Assembly: GCA_016748015.1 (NCBI GenBank)
Contig: JAAOMT010000445.1
Span: 124,001 to 188,000 of the forward strand
Reading direction: 5' to 3'
Length of the DNA: 64,000 bases
DNA from: Geosiphon pyriformis uo1
Lineage: Eukaryota > Fungi > Glomeromycota
A program made the position numbers and the translations under genes. Position 1 is the stretch's first letter; each line of letters starts with the position of its first letter. A model generated the notes under the pieces. The model did not search any database and was not told the DNA's origin. It worked only from the letters and a program-made list of their open reading frames with translations. Shown here piece by piece: positions 1 through 12,692 of the stretch.

Positions 1-190
1 TTTATGGTACAAACCTTTTGATATTACCACAGATCATAGAGGTCTGGTCTGGTTAAATAACAAGAAAGCGCTGAAAAAAAAATACACCAGATGGTCACAA
101 ATATTAGCACTATATAATTATATCATCAAATACAAAAAAGGTACCAAAAATGCCAATGCTGACTGTTTGTTAAGAATAAGACACACATAA
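1..190 (+). pseudogene. Ty3/Gypsy RNase H C-terminus, ending at TAA 188-190
   Basis: Translation ends NANADCLLRIRHT*, aligning codon-for-codon with NGNANGLLQMRQI* of element A. Confidence 0.85.
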
Positions 191-195
191 AAATC

Positions 196-504
196 ATGAA
201 TCCATCCATCAATTAGAGTATTTGACAAAACAACAATCTAACAATTAGAAAGTTTTATTGGAAAAACCAACAATACATTCAATTCAAAAAGCAGTTTACA
301 GAATTTTTAAAGCATTTGAAAAATTGTCACAAAGTATTACTAGATCCAACCATAAACATAATAACAACCAACAGTATTAGACAACTTACCAACTTACAAT
401 TTCAAGAATTACAACAACAAGTTAATAATACAGTATTGGATTACTATAGCAACTTAGAATTCAATAAAAAAATTAACTTTGATTTTGACAGAGCTCAATT
501 TTGA
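196..504 (+). pseudogene. Frameshifted homologue of the C-terminal half of the extra 3' ORF (ORF3) of elements A and C
   Basis: FDKTTI*QLESFIGK...TTNSIRQLTNLQFQELQ...DFDRAQF* matches A FDKRILQQLEHFVGK...TNNQLRKITNVQFEELQ...DFDGAQY*. Confidence 0.8.
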
Positions 505-517
505 AAGGAGGGAATAA

Positions 518-1314
518 TATTACAGTTCAAAAATTTAATAGAAATTATAAATAATATAAATTAGCCAATCATGAAATAGCACAGCAACAATTTATAAAAA
601 GAAATGATTTACAAATAACAGCAAGCACTATTGTACAAAAGCAGTAAGCACTATTATGCAAAAGCAGCAAGCACTATTTAGAAATAACAAAAATAAAGTA
701 TTATAAGACGTTATTTTGTAAAACAATAATTATATATATATACAATAATTTTTAATGATGAAAAAGAACAAGTTTTAACTAGAAACAACAAATATCTAAA
801 TAAAATTTTATTCAAAAAAAAAAGAATTAATAAAAATAATAAATTGAATGAATATCACAATTATGAGATTAACAATAGAATTCACATACCCTCTTTAACA
901 AATAAAACTATCATTCTATCTTTGAACTTTTTGGAAGAATAATCCCTAATCAAGATTATTCATGTGGTTACTAATTAAATTGAAAAAGCTTTATTATATA
1001 CTTAAGAAAATTGTGAAAAGACTATTAACACTCTGTGTTTCTAGATTAAAGAAACACATCAGGCAATTGCAAGGATAGCCTCAAAAAAAACTCCAAACAG
1101 TGGGTAGATTTCAGATTAACTTCTGGGAAAGAGTATACAACATACAAAGACAACTAGAATTAAAGAAAAGATTTATATCACAACATCAAGAGAAAACTTT
1201 CAGTATATTATTATTAATATCCAACACATAAAATAGAGAAACTCATGAGAGACTGATTGCAATTAAAATGAAAGATCAATAATTAAAATATACCAAGAAA
1301 ACACTCTCATAACA
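518..1314 (+). repeat. 3' LTR of E0 (797 bp) with a ~23-bp U3 tandem repeat (agcagcaagcactattgtgcaaa-like, ~615-680)
   Basis: Follows PPT; decayed TGTTAC..GTAACA termini; TATA-like run near 731; U5 blocks related to A/B/C LTRs. Confidence 0.8.
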
Positions 1315-3133
1315 ATGCCAAAGAAATCCTGTCTGAAAAAATCTTAGAAAGTATCTTGTGGGCAGTCTTAATCAAGGCAATAGGTCGGGTGTTTGTAAGA
1401 ACCCCCTTCCACTCATAGGACTTGGGAATCATCGAAACCCAGGCTTTCTTCCAAGCACCTGGCACTGACTTATGGGTCAAACAAAAATTCAGAAGAACCA
1501 AAAGCATATCCAAAACCAATTTGTCGCAATGCTTCCAAAGCTCATTTGAGATCCCAGAAAGACCGGCAGCCTTGCCATCAGGTAGATCAAAAATCACACT
1601 AAGCAACTCATCAAAACCAACTGAACACATCACATTCAAAAAAGTATTGTTAAAAACGTAATCCAAAGGCCAATATTGACGAGACCATAATTCAGAAAAA
1701 TTTTCTACCACTTCGCATTTTCTAGTCCAGCCCTTCATAATAACATTCACTCTGGCTTTAACCAGATTGGGTTCTAAAATCAGTTCATTTTTAATCATCA
1801 GATGGTCTAAAACCACCTTTCGAAAAAGATGCTTTAACATGCTTTTTATTGTGTAACTTTTATTGGCCACAAAATTTTCCATTCGTTTATCAACAGCTAA
1901 TATAATTCTTGACTTCTTAGCTTGCAAAAACTTAGCAAGCTTGGATGCATAATATGATTTTTACACACTGAAAAGAGCCAAACATACACAATTAAAATCC
2001 ACACCAGAATCTAACAGAGCCCAAACAAGCAAAGCTTTAACAGCATTCAAAGACTCCCAGTAATCCATTAAAATTTCAAACACACCACAAACACCCCTAT
2101 GCAAAACCTTGGCAATTCTCAACACCAACACCTCAAGCTTATGGAACTTAGAAGATTCTTTGGTAAAGATACTGTCATACTCTTTGAACCATTTTTTCTT
2201 AAAAACTTCATTTGCTGAGAGACACATCACCCTGCACACAACATCTCACATGGCATCCAGATCTGAGAATTTTGCAGCAGCAGCAAACTTATCAAAAAAC
2301 ATCACAGCATTGGCTAGAATAGCATTTTTAAACTTAGTTTATTCACTCTTATCTGCACACTTAAAATCAAATTTCCAACAATCCTTATTTGCTTGCTTGT
2401 GAAAAAAATTCAGCTGAACATCCAAAAGCTCACCCAAACCTATAGACATTGAAACAGCCTGATAATCTATATCAAAATATTTGCTGATCTCAGAAACATC
2501 ATGATGTACTATTACACTGACCAGATTTGAAGAGACAAACACATAATTAATTGTTTTTTTTACATTCCTTGAATTTTCCTATGTGGAATTCTCTGCGACT
2601 GAACTGCCCAATAAAGAATTGACCAACTCCAGACTGAGACACTTTTTGAAACTAGCATATTTATGTGAACCATTCTCATTAAAATCTTCACCAAGAACGA
2701 CAAAAGAAAATTCATTTAAAGCCTTTACAATGAAAGAGTTGATTTTGTTAGCCTGAGAGAAACAAACCACTGAAGAAGCACCAATATAAAGGCCCAAAAT
2801 AGATACAGAAAGTTTATTCTTAAAAAGTAGCTTAATGGACAGGAGCTGACCAGGCACCTCAGTAACTTTGCACACATGTCTTGCCAAAGAAATGTCCATG
2901 ATAACCACAATGCCAGAGTCTATATAACTAGAATCTAAACCAGAGGTGAACACCTAGATATCATCAAACTTATTCATAATCCATGGGCAAATTTTACTCT
3001 TTAATTTGGTCTCAGTAACAATAGAAATCAAATTGTTTGTTTCCTTATGCCAATGAATTATATTATCCTGTTTTGCAAGATTGTTTATGCTCCTTACATT
3101 GCACATGGCAATCTTCTATACCAAAACACTCAT
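1315..3133 (-). pseudogene. LINE-1 ORF2 fragment (APE endonuclease + N-terminal RT)
   Basis: ATG 3133-3131 overlaps ORF1 TGA; ORF track pieces 2579-2953, 2339-2542, 1961-2239, 1307-1927. Confidence 0.85.
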
Positions 3134-5090
3134 TGAGAAGTAGAGACAGCCGATGAACCCATACCTGAGCACAAACAGTCTAATTTTTCCAAAACAGATT
3201 CAACTGAAACTTTTAAAGCCACCATCTTGGATTCCAAACCACCAATTTTAGTAGTCAAAACCTTAGAACCACTTGAACTTATGACAGAAGCTGTATCATT
3301 AATGACTGGAGGAGAGAGATTGGAAATCACTGAAGCATTATCCAAAACCATATTCAAATCCAAACCAGAAACCACAGACATTGGAACTGCCAGGGGAGAA
3401 GCATCAGATATAGTTGTCAAGGGCACCAGTTTTATGGAACCCAATTTCTCCAAAATACCAGAAACCTGGTCAGCCAAAAGTTCCAGAGTGTGTTTTAAAG
3501 AAGCCAAACAACCATACACATTACAATTACCAGACAAAGCAGAAGCAAATAGAGAGGTTTCAGCAACAAGAGACAGGACAGTACCAAAAGAAACTGAGAA
3601 AGCCACATGAGAAAAGAAGCCACCAGTAATCTGAGCCCAAGTTCTACCACCAAAAAAAACTGAACAGACAATAAAAGCTTGTTTTTTCTTATAAATATCA
3701 GTCAGATAGACCCGATCCTGATCAGTCACCACTTACTTCCCACAAATTCCAGAAATCTCACCAGATGAACACACATCAGAGATGTAACCAAATTGTCTAC
3801 ATTTGGTGCAACAAGCCAGAGAAAGACCAGCCTATCACAAATTCACACTCTTAAAAACTGGATCAGAACCAATTGCAGTCAACTTAGATTTTTTATCAGC
3901 AAAACAAACTACAGCACATCTGTCATGAACATAAGAATTAGGATTGCGACCAATAAAACAGGTCTTCCCACCATATAAATCAAGTAAACCAGACAAATTA
4001 TGAGCAGTGGTGCCAACTGGCAAAGTATAGAGCAAGGTCTTATGCTGATTCCTAAACATCCAAGATTGTTTATCTTCAACAGCCAATGCCATCCACACAG
4101 AATTTTTTCTCATGAGAACAGACTATTTAGAAGCAACTGAACTAGCCACTTCTGATAATTCAAACTTGACCAAAGCTTTCTGCCACAAACCAATCAATTG
4201 TATCTTAATCGACACAATCTTACCAAACTTAGCAAAAACTGATTTAACTGCTAATCTAAGAAGATCTACTGAAATTTTTTTGATAATTATTTCCTAATTT
4301 GAATAAATGCCTAACTTTTTAACATCATTATTTATTAAAATCTTCTCACAGATTGCCAATTCCTTAGCTTTGTTAAGATTCAACTCAGAAGTAAAAGATA
4401 ATCTGACAATCTCTGAGAATTTTGAGAGAGTAGAAGCTCCCCTAAAACCATCCACATAATAAAAAATTTTTTTAATTGAAATTAATTTGTCACTAACAGT
4501 TTTTCCTGGAATAACCAAAAGCTCAATATCTAGTGCAAAAAATTTTACAGGTTCATTTCCCCAGACCACATAACTTGACAGATGGTAGCCAATTGGGTCT
4601 AACAAATTTAGGCATTGAGAGCACCAACTCAGTATCATTGTCATTTATATTCACAAAAAAAGAGATTTTTGGTGGTTGTCCCAAGACATAAGTTCTTGTT
4701 TGTGCTTTCCTAGGAGTAGTGTCATTTATTATGTCATCTATTTCAGAAGTGTTAGAATCAACGTAGCTTGTCTCTTTAGCAAACATATTTCTCATGTTCT
4801 TTACATCTGAAATTTTGCTTACACTGTTATTTTCACTCTCCACTTCATTTTTCCAAGACTTTTTGCATCTATTCTCATCAACTAGCAATATTTTAACAGG
4901 CATAGGGCCAGCCAACAACTCCATCACATCTCCAACAACAACAGATTTCTTAGGCTTTTTGTATAAAGAGCTATAAGTGTACACACTTTTTACATACTTT
5001 TTTTTGGTGTTAAAACGGGTCCTCAAACCAGCCGAATCCAAACCAGAGCCACCAGCAGACAAGTCTACCAGTTTTATAACAACAAAGACA
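3130..5090 (-). pseudogene. LINE-1 ORF1 (two RRM-like domains, degenerate CCHC knuckle, C-terminal coiled-coil-like segment)
   Basis: IIIKKISVDL..FAKFGKIVSIK.QLIGLWQKALVKF; LLYTLPVGTTAHNL; SKVLTTKIGGLESKM; start approximate. Confidence 0.8.
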
Positions 5091-5314
5091 GATGTATTAA
5101 AAGAAATAACTACAAAAAAACAAAGAAAAAAAAAGAAAAAAAGGTGTTAAATCTTTGATAAATCTCCACTCTCGTTGTGGTTAGGAAATCAACAACAAAA
5201 AAAATTTTTATTTTAAAATTTTTTATACTTTTTTTGAATTATTATTAAAATTTTTGGCATTTTTAGAATTTTTGAAATCTCTTTTAATATTTTTAAAATT
5301 TTTAATATATATAT

Positions 5315-5570
5315 TTTTTTATTAATAATTTTACAAATAAAGCCCAATCACTATTTAGTACATAGACCCAAAATAAGTGGCTTAAACTAAATACAATTTA
5401 CATTTTTACTACATATAGCCAGTCATTCAGGCCAGACAAGACAACACTACATATCTATATTAATATAAGTATCACTACTCAAACCAGAAAAAAAATGGCA
5501 TATTTTGCATCTACAAAAACTAACAGCAAAGGATTCTAAAACACCAAACATACAAACCACTTTATCTAAT
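5315..5570 (-). mobile_element. 5'-truncated LINE 3' end (last ORF2 codons, 3' UTR, A-tail)
   Basis: Reverse complement matches the LINE-2 3' end 31400-31642 (tgtctggcct..aagccactta..gtactaRatagt.attgggcttta..aataaaaaa). Confidence 0.8.
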
Positions 5571-6600
5571 AATATAGATATTATACTGTTTTTTGATATT
5601 ATATTATTTACTAACTTTTAATATTTAATTATTTATTTATATATATTAACTATTAATTATTTTTTTATATTACTTTATAAATAATATATTTTTTTTAATA
5701 TTAAATTTTATTAAAATCCAGCAAATTTTTTCTTAAATAAATTCAATTTTTTTTTATATAATTATGTTGAAAACTTTTATTTTCAATTTTTTAAACTGTA
5801 AATTAATTATTTTTTTTTAATTAGTTTATTGTTAATATCTTTATAATTATTAAAATTATATTACTTATTTTTAATCTATAATACTAGTAATTTTGATTAA
5901 ATAATTCAGTTTTAGTATTGTTTTTTCCAAATAACTTTATTTTTTAATTCTTTTTAATAATAATTATAACTTAATTAGTAACAATAATTTTTAAAAAATT
6001 ACAATAATTAATTACATATTTTAATATACTTTAAAATTGGTTTTATTTTATATTTTGTATATATTTTATAGAATAAATCAAATTTTTATTTTTCAACATG
6101 TTTTTAATATAAAATTTAACCACAAAAATCAAAAACTTAATTAATATATCTTTAAACATTAAAAAATTATCATTTTTTAATATTTTATTTTTTTACAACT
6201 TTAAATATATAATTAAATAATATTTTAAATAGATTTTTAATTAATATTATAAGTATTATATTTGTATTTTTTTATTATAATTGTTTTTTAAATTTTAATA
6301 TTAATAAATAATTTTATATTAATTATTAATAACTTTAATTTTTAATTAAAAACTTTTAAATTTAAAAAATACATATACTTAAATAATTATATATTTTAAA
6401 ATTTTTTTAATTAAATTGTTAAATCAATAAAAAATAGATAATTATAGTAAATATTTCATATTTAAATATTGTTTCATTTATCAAAAAAAATTTTAATTGT
6501 TTTGTCATCTGATTTTAAAATTAAGATTTTGTAATCTCCCAAAAATATTGGTAAATATTTATGAATGTCAGTTAATAGTGATAGTTAAATATTGTTGCAA
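5570..6600 (-). other. Extremely AT-rich desert containing an eroded Ty3/Gypsy ORF3 end + PPT relic (~5640-5850)
   Basis: Alignable by eye with 10905-11110; reverse strand reads ..NLQFKKL..LLDFNKI*Y*, like the ORF3 end TNLQFQEL..DFDRAQY*. Confidence 0.6.
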
Positions 6601-6829
6601 GAATAAAAAAATGATAAGATTAAAATCTTTTCCTGCTCACAAATTCTTCGATCGCCGAGACAAATAGCGTCATTTGGGAAATTTGTATGATGTTTTGGTG
6701 ATTTTTAAGGTTGTTGACTTTTTCAAAAAAGATAATTTATAACTTGAAGAAAGAAAGATTCACTTGCTAAATCAAAGTCCACATGGTGTATCCTGGACCT
6801 TCGTTGGAAATGTTAGTTCGAATCCAGAC

Positions 6830-8918
6830 CTACCTCCTACCCTTAACACGTTTACGCGGTGGGTTTGGAAAGACAGGAGGTGCTTTCAAAACGGCCTTTT
6901 TCATGCTTCTTGATTTCAATGAAGGGATACCGAGTCGATCTCGTTCTTCTTTGGTTAGAGCTTCAAGAATACAGCCGAGGCCTTTGAAAACTTCATTCAC
7001 CCTTTTGCAAACAATTTATGTAAAGATCTGTATTAAAGTGACCGAGTTCACATACAATAATCCTCATTTTTGGATGAAAACGAACCAAATATTTTGCATA
7101 CTTACTTTTCTTTCGGCATATACAAATCTTCCGCCAAGACGCTAGTTTCTACCACATAACCGTCTAGCATCAGGCAAAGAGCAAACATGTAAGAGAGCAG
7201 CTTGACTAGTGAGGTCGGTGTCATTTTAGATCTGCACTCCAAAAAAAATAACTAAATAAATTGCTGTAGGAATATGAATGATTAGAAATCATGAAAAACA
7301 AATTATCGAAATACTTTTCTGCTTGGCTCTTTTGAGCAAACGCCCTTTCAGTAAACCTTTCATATAAACTTGTAATGATTATCTCAGGTGGATTCTTCAG
7401 TGCTTTGTTTATTGTCCCACGTGAATCAACTTGTTTTTGATTAGTCTGAAAGGCCATCATATAGGAGACATAAAGTAAAATTCGAATACGTTGACGTCCT
7501 TGTGCATCCAGATGATTCTGAAGATATACCGGCAAACGTGATTTGATGAAGCTAGAACTCCTTTTGCATAAAAATTATTTAGCAATTTGGAGATTCAATC
7601 AAAAACACTCGAGGAATGATATCAGTAGAATAGATAGTACTTGTATGGGAGTAGATCAATAGCATCATTCAATGTCTTAGCCTCCAAAAATGGTTGAATG
7701 TGAATAGATTCTAATTCAGTCTCTGTAACGATATCTTTCAATTTATAAACTTCAGAAGGCTGGGTGACATTTGGATCATATGGAGGAATGGGACGATCAG
7801 ACTCAGCTTCAGCCTTAATTTGTTCTATCATTCGGTATAGAAAATATTAATCAAATATCTTCTGGAATAAAGTATGATTTAGCAAGTACTTACCCTTGGT
7901 TGGTAATGTGCTGGTTTTTTCTGCGATAGTTTGAACAATAGCTTCTACTGTATTTCCCAACATGGAAGAATTGACCACATTTTTTTCAGCGTTAATAATG
8001 CGCTGAATGGTTTTTTTGGTTCCAAAAGCTTTCCCAAGATCCTTTCTTGCCTCCAAGTACTTTTTAAAGCACGAAAAATAGATTAGGCCTCTTTAATACA
8101 AAATAACGGTCATTTGAGTATAAATAATAAAAATTTCTATATACCCCCTTTTTCGGGAGAGCCTCGGCTTTTTGGTGACCTTTATTAGCCTTGACAGTTC
8201 GCGAAACATGAAATAATGGAGCTTCTTTAAGGGTTACGGTGTGAGTTTCTTTGTCGTAAACACCTACCAAATACCTAAAAGAAGTTACACCTAGTTAACA
8301 GAAAACTGTGACTCTAAAGATTAAGAGAAAAAGAAATATTTACTTGCAATATGCCGGATTTGATTGATGTCCTTCAGTGTAGTTTCTTCCTATTAATTCG
8401 ACTCGCTCGGTTTCCCCAAAAATAAGACGTTGTTTTGCTAATTTGGCGCTTTTAGCTTCCTTGCGCACATACATTTGGTATTCAGTCTCTTCAGGGGGAA
8501 TAATACCAGGAAAACGGACTGTTCAGTTTGATTGGATTTTTAGTTTGTGAATTTTAGAAGGAAGCATTCACGAACAGTTCAAAAGGGAAAGATTTTACCC
8601 AGAACAGGAGTTGTCAGATCTTCTAAAGGTTCAAAGGACAAATTTACAACCCGAACTTTTTTAACTTTCGAAGAGCTTACAGCCTCTTCACGTTGACGTT
8701 TTTTGCCCTTTGAAGAACCTGAAATAAAAGGAACAAATCATAGAAGAGCTATTGGTAAAATTTACATCTTTCGGTTAAAGACTAAGGTTTTTACCCTCTG
8801 GAATATGGTTCAAAGCCAGACCATGCTCTCCTGAGCTTACATCACTCTCTTGAACTCCACTGTCACTATTAAAACCACTGCTAACATTGCTACTTGAGTT
8901 AAGTTCAGATTCACTCAT
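6830..8918 (-). CDS. RPA49: RNA polymerase I subunit RPA49 (A49/PAF53/POLR1E), multi-exon
   Basis: Exon peptides YLVGVYDKET.TVTL..APLF, ARKDLGKAFGTKK, RPIPPYD.NVT.PSEVYKL.DIV, LYERFT, DKLLLHVCSLCLMLD, FKGLGC, AVLKAPPVFP; GT-AG introns; ATG 8918, TAG 6832-6830. Confidence 0.9.
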
Positions 8919-8999
8919 TATGCCTTATTTCTAGTCGCAAGAAATCAGTCAAGCGAAATTGTTCATCAATTTAGCTTTTTAATCTTTGATTTTGGCTTT

Positions 9000-11340
9000 T
9001 TTATACAATATTTTATAAATCTTGTACTATTTTAAAAATATTAACTTTTGATATTAAGTATTTTATTATTATTATTATTATAAACTACTAACAAATTAAC
9101 ATTTGGTTGTATTGTTTAATATAATTGTTTTTTAATTAATTTGGTTTTTAATTATTAAAAATATGTAATTGTAATTCTTAAAACTTAAAAATTTTTAATA
9201 TTATGATTATTAAAATTAATATTTTTAAAAAAACTGAATTTGGTAAAAAAAACTTTTGGTTATTAATGTTATTATAAATCTTAAAATTTAAATTACTTAA
9301 TTTCGAATTGTAAACCTATTTTTTTGATTTTAATAAAATATTTTAATATTAAAACAAATAATTTTATACTAATTGATTAATTTTGTTTTATAATTTTAAA
9401 TTATTGTTACTAAAATAATTAACCTAATGTTTTTAGAAAAATTTTTAATGTTTTTGTTAAATTAGTTTTTAGTTTTTTTATTTTGCAACGAATAATTTCA
9501 ATATCTATAATCATAGAATTTGGGTTTAACTTTATTATTGCATATATATTTTTAAAAGTATATAAAAATACTAAAAACTTATATTCAAATTTATAAATTT
9601 TTTTAAATATAATAATTTATGTTTTAAAAAGTTGTTAATTAATTCAAGTCTTTTAATTCAATTGTTAATTTATAATGAATTTATAATGTATTTATAATGT
9701 ATTTTTTTTAAATAAATATGAAAAAAAATAAAAAGCTCAAATTTTAATATTATTAAAAATGGTTTAACTTTTAAAAAAAATAAAAAAATATTATTATTAA
9801 AACATTTAATAATAATAATTTTTCTATTATAAATAATTATATTAGAAAAATATTATTAATAATAATATAATAAAGTTAAAAAATATAAATATAAATAAGA
9901 AATATTTAATAAAAAAAACTAGCTTTTATATTTTTTGGTTAAAACAAGTAATATTTTTGGTTTTAATCCAAATTTGTAATATAAGATTTACATATTTACA
10001 TAGTTATAAAAAGTTTAAAACATATATTATTTAATTTTTAAACTTAAATATTCTATAATAGTTTTAATTAGAATTTTTATATAGTTTTTAATAGTATTAT
10101 AAATTTTAATGTTTTTGTAAATTTTAATAAATATATTATTATAAATAAATAATATTATAAGTAAATAATTATGTATATTAAACTATAAGTTAGTATTTAA
10201 ATATTGTTAATTAAATTTAAAAACTTTAATTTATTTAAGGATTTTGTTAATTGAATTTTTTATATAATAAATCAAGATTCAATAATAATAATTAATAATA
10301 CTTAATATTTAACTTATTTAATATAATAACTGATTTATTTTAGTGTTTTTTATTCTTTTAATAAGCAATCTAATTAATTAATTCTATATTTATTTTTGTA
10401 TTTTATATTAAACAATTTTTAATATTATAATTTTAATATTTTTTTAATTAATTAATAAACAAAAAACAATAACAGAAAATAAAAGAATAAAAATATATAT
10501 ATTAGTATTTTATTAATAATTATAATTAAGAACTATTGTTTTAATATTGTTAGTAATATTGCATAAATACTATTAGTATTAATTTAAAAATAAATAAATT
10601 CAATAAAATAAGTATAGATTTATAAAAATTAGATATTAAATAAATATTTTATTTTAAATATTAAATTCTTAATTATTAAAGTTATTTAATAAAAATTAAA
10701 TTAAATCTGTTTGTTTTTTCTGCTTTTATAATTATTATTATATATATATAAATTTTTATAATACAAAATTCTGGAATTTTTAGTAATTTTTAGTAATTTT
10801 TATATATATATTTTTTGAGTTATTATTAAAATTTCTGGTATTTTTATTAGTTTTTTTAGAATTTTTGGTAATTTTGAAATTTTTGGTATTATATGCTTTA
10901 ATAATCTATACTATATTATTATTTTAATTTATTTTATAAGTAATAATATATATTTTTTAATATTAAGCTTTAATAAATCTGTTAAATTTCTTTTTTAGAT
11001 AAATTTAAGTATTTTTTTTATAATATTATTGAAAATTTCTGTTTTTAATTTTTTAAACTATAAATTGGTTATTTTTTTTAGTTAATTTATTATTTATATT
11101 TTTATAATTAAATATAGTAATATTTTGTTATATTCTTAAAACATTGTATTTAATTAATATATAATTTTAAAATAGATTATTAAGTTGTTTTTTTTAAAAA
11201 AATTATTCTATTTGTTATATTATTGTTTTATTAAATACTTTTTTTAATTAATATATAAAATCTAAATATTTAACTATTGTTTTAAGTAATAATAACAATA
11301 TATGAATATTAAAAAACAAAATATATAAGTATTTTGAAAA
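9000..11340. other. AT desert with eroded LTR and ORF3 relics on the minus strand (~10700-11110)
   Basis: Decayed ggaattcc-type U3 array, TATA run and agcagaaaa motif on the reverse strand at ~10710-10890; ORF3-end homology at ~10905-11110. Confidence 0.6.
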
Positions 11341-11459
11341 AAAAACTTCTTTTTCTCTTACCTCCAAAAATTTTCAAAAAGTGCATTTCCTAAAAAAAAA
11401 GTTTTCGATTTTTTTTGGTTAGTTTTTTCAATATTTTTTTAAATAATAAACCTTTTGTC

Positions 11460-12692
11460 ATGAATTTAAAGACTGTTTCAAGTGATGATATGTCAAAAAA
11501 AAAAGCACTCAAAGGTGCTTTCTATGGTTCTGCTGGTAGTTCTTTTGCTTAAAAAAAAAGTGGTTCTTGAGAATATTAAACACTCTGATAATGAGAAAGA
11601 TATTTTTTTGAGTAAATTTGGGCTTGGTGATAGTGTATATTCTAATATGAACAGTCTGTCTGGTAATAATGAGAATATTGGCATGGCTGGTGTAAATGGT
11701 GAGTCTTTTCTGGATTTGGTTGTAACTACTCCCAAGACAAGATGTATTAACACTGGTACAGTGTTTGGTCCTTTACTTGGCTCTCCTGATTTTACTATGA
11801 ATAATGATGAAATTGCACTTCCTCTTCACTTGTTTATCTCTCTGGAAAAAAAGTGGATTGATTCAAAGATTATCAAAACCCTAATAGAAGTGTCAGTCAA
11901 GAAGTCTTTTGCTTTGGATATTAATCTTTTAGCAGTAGATAGCAAATCTGCCACAGCAAAAACCCAATTCATCAGAAAAATTTTTTCAGTAGTCAATAGT
12001 TTTGGGAGATCCATTATTCTCTTAAAATTTGAAAGGATTATCCAATTGATGTTTACTTCTGAAAAAAGCTTAATTAAGACTATATCATTGGCCAGAGAAA
12101 AGGAGATCATTGTAAACAATAATCTCAAGAAACAAGGAATTTGTTTAAATTGGGCTGTAGTAATCAAAGAAATTCCCATAGACATGCTAAAAAAGATGAT
12201 TATTGCCGTAGTATCTGAGTTTGGTGTTATTAGGTCAATCAAGATTCAGCTGATTGGAATGTGGCAGAAGACTGTGATGGAATTTGCCAAATTGAAACAG
12301 ACAAAGCATCTTGTATCAAGATGGTCATTTTTTATTGGAAAGAACTCAGTGTATGTGGCTATGGCTGTGGAAAATTGGGATACTTGGATGTTTAGAGATC
12401 ACTTTAGAGTGCTTTTGTTTACTTTGCTGGTAAGAACAACTGCACACGATCTTGGTACTCTCTTGAAAGGGACTGATGAAAAGACTTGTGTAATCAATCA
12501 TTCTCTGAAGACTGGCAACCAAACTTGCTACGCCATTGTTGGTTTTGAATCAGAAAATGAGCTTGAATCTGTATTTTGCACTGAGCCAATTTTAGGTGGT
12601 ATGAGACTTTCATGGGCCAGATTGGACTTGGTTTGGTGTGAAAAGTATGGAAAGTTTGGACACTTAGCTTTGGAATGTGATGCATCTAACAC
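11460..12692 (+). pseudogene. LINE-2 ORF1, 5' part (RRM-RRM-degenerate CCHC); continues 22863-23505
   Basis: VVIKEIPIDM..EFGVIRSIKIQLIGMWQKTVMEF; LLFTLLVRTTAHDL; CEKYGKFGHLALEC. Confidence 0.85.

Larger units (their letters stand above)
1..1314 (+). mobile_element. 3' portion of Ty3/Gypsy LTR retrotransposon E0 (5' part lies upstream of the window), inserted in LINE-1 ORF2
   Basis: RNase H C-terminus (TDHRGL..W...Y..KYKKG.KNANAD.L.R) at 1-190; PPT gaaaggagggaataa at 503-517; LTR tattac...cataaca at 518-1314 abuts truncated LINE RT. Confidence 0.85.
1315..5200 (-). mobile_element. LINE-1: non-LTR retrotransposon, 5' UTR + ORF1 + 5' half of ORF2, interrupted in RT by E0
   Basis: ORF fragments encode APE endonuclease (CNVR..N, TETKL, GEDFNE) and RT start (KAAGLSGISNE, TRPIALI); 5' end ttgttgat..acaacgagag resembles the LINE-3 5' end. 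Confidence 0.9.

Noticed and set aside
6783-7145. Plus-strand ORFs over host genes (also 57302-57870, 59130-59321, 60010-60261)
   Set aside because: Antisense shadows of RPA49 and PUS7 exons
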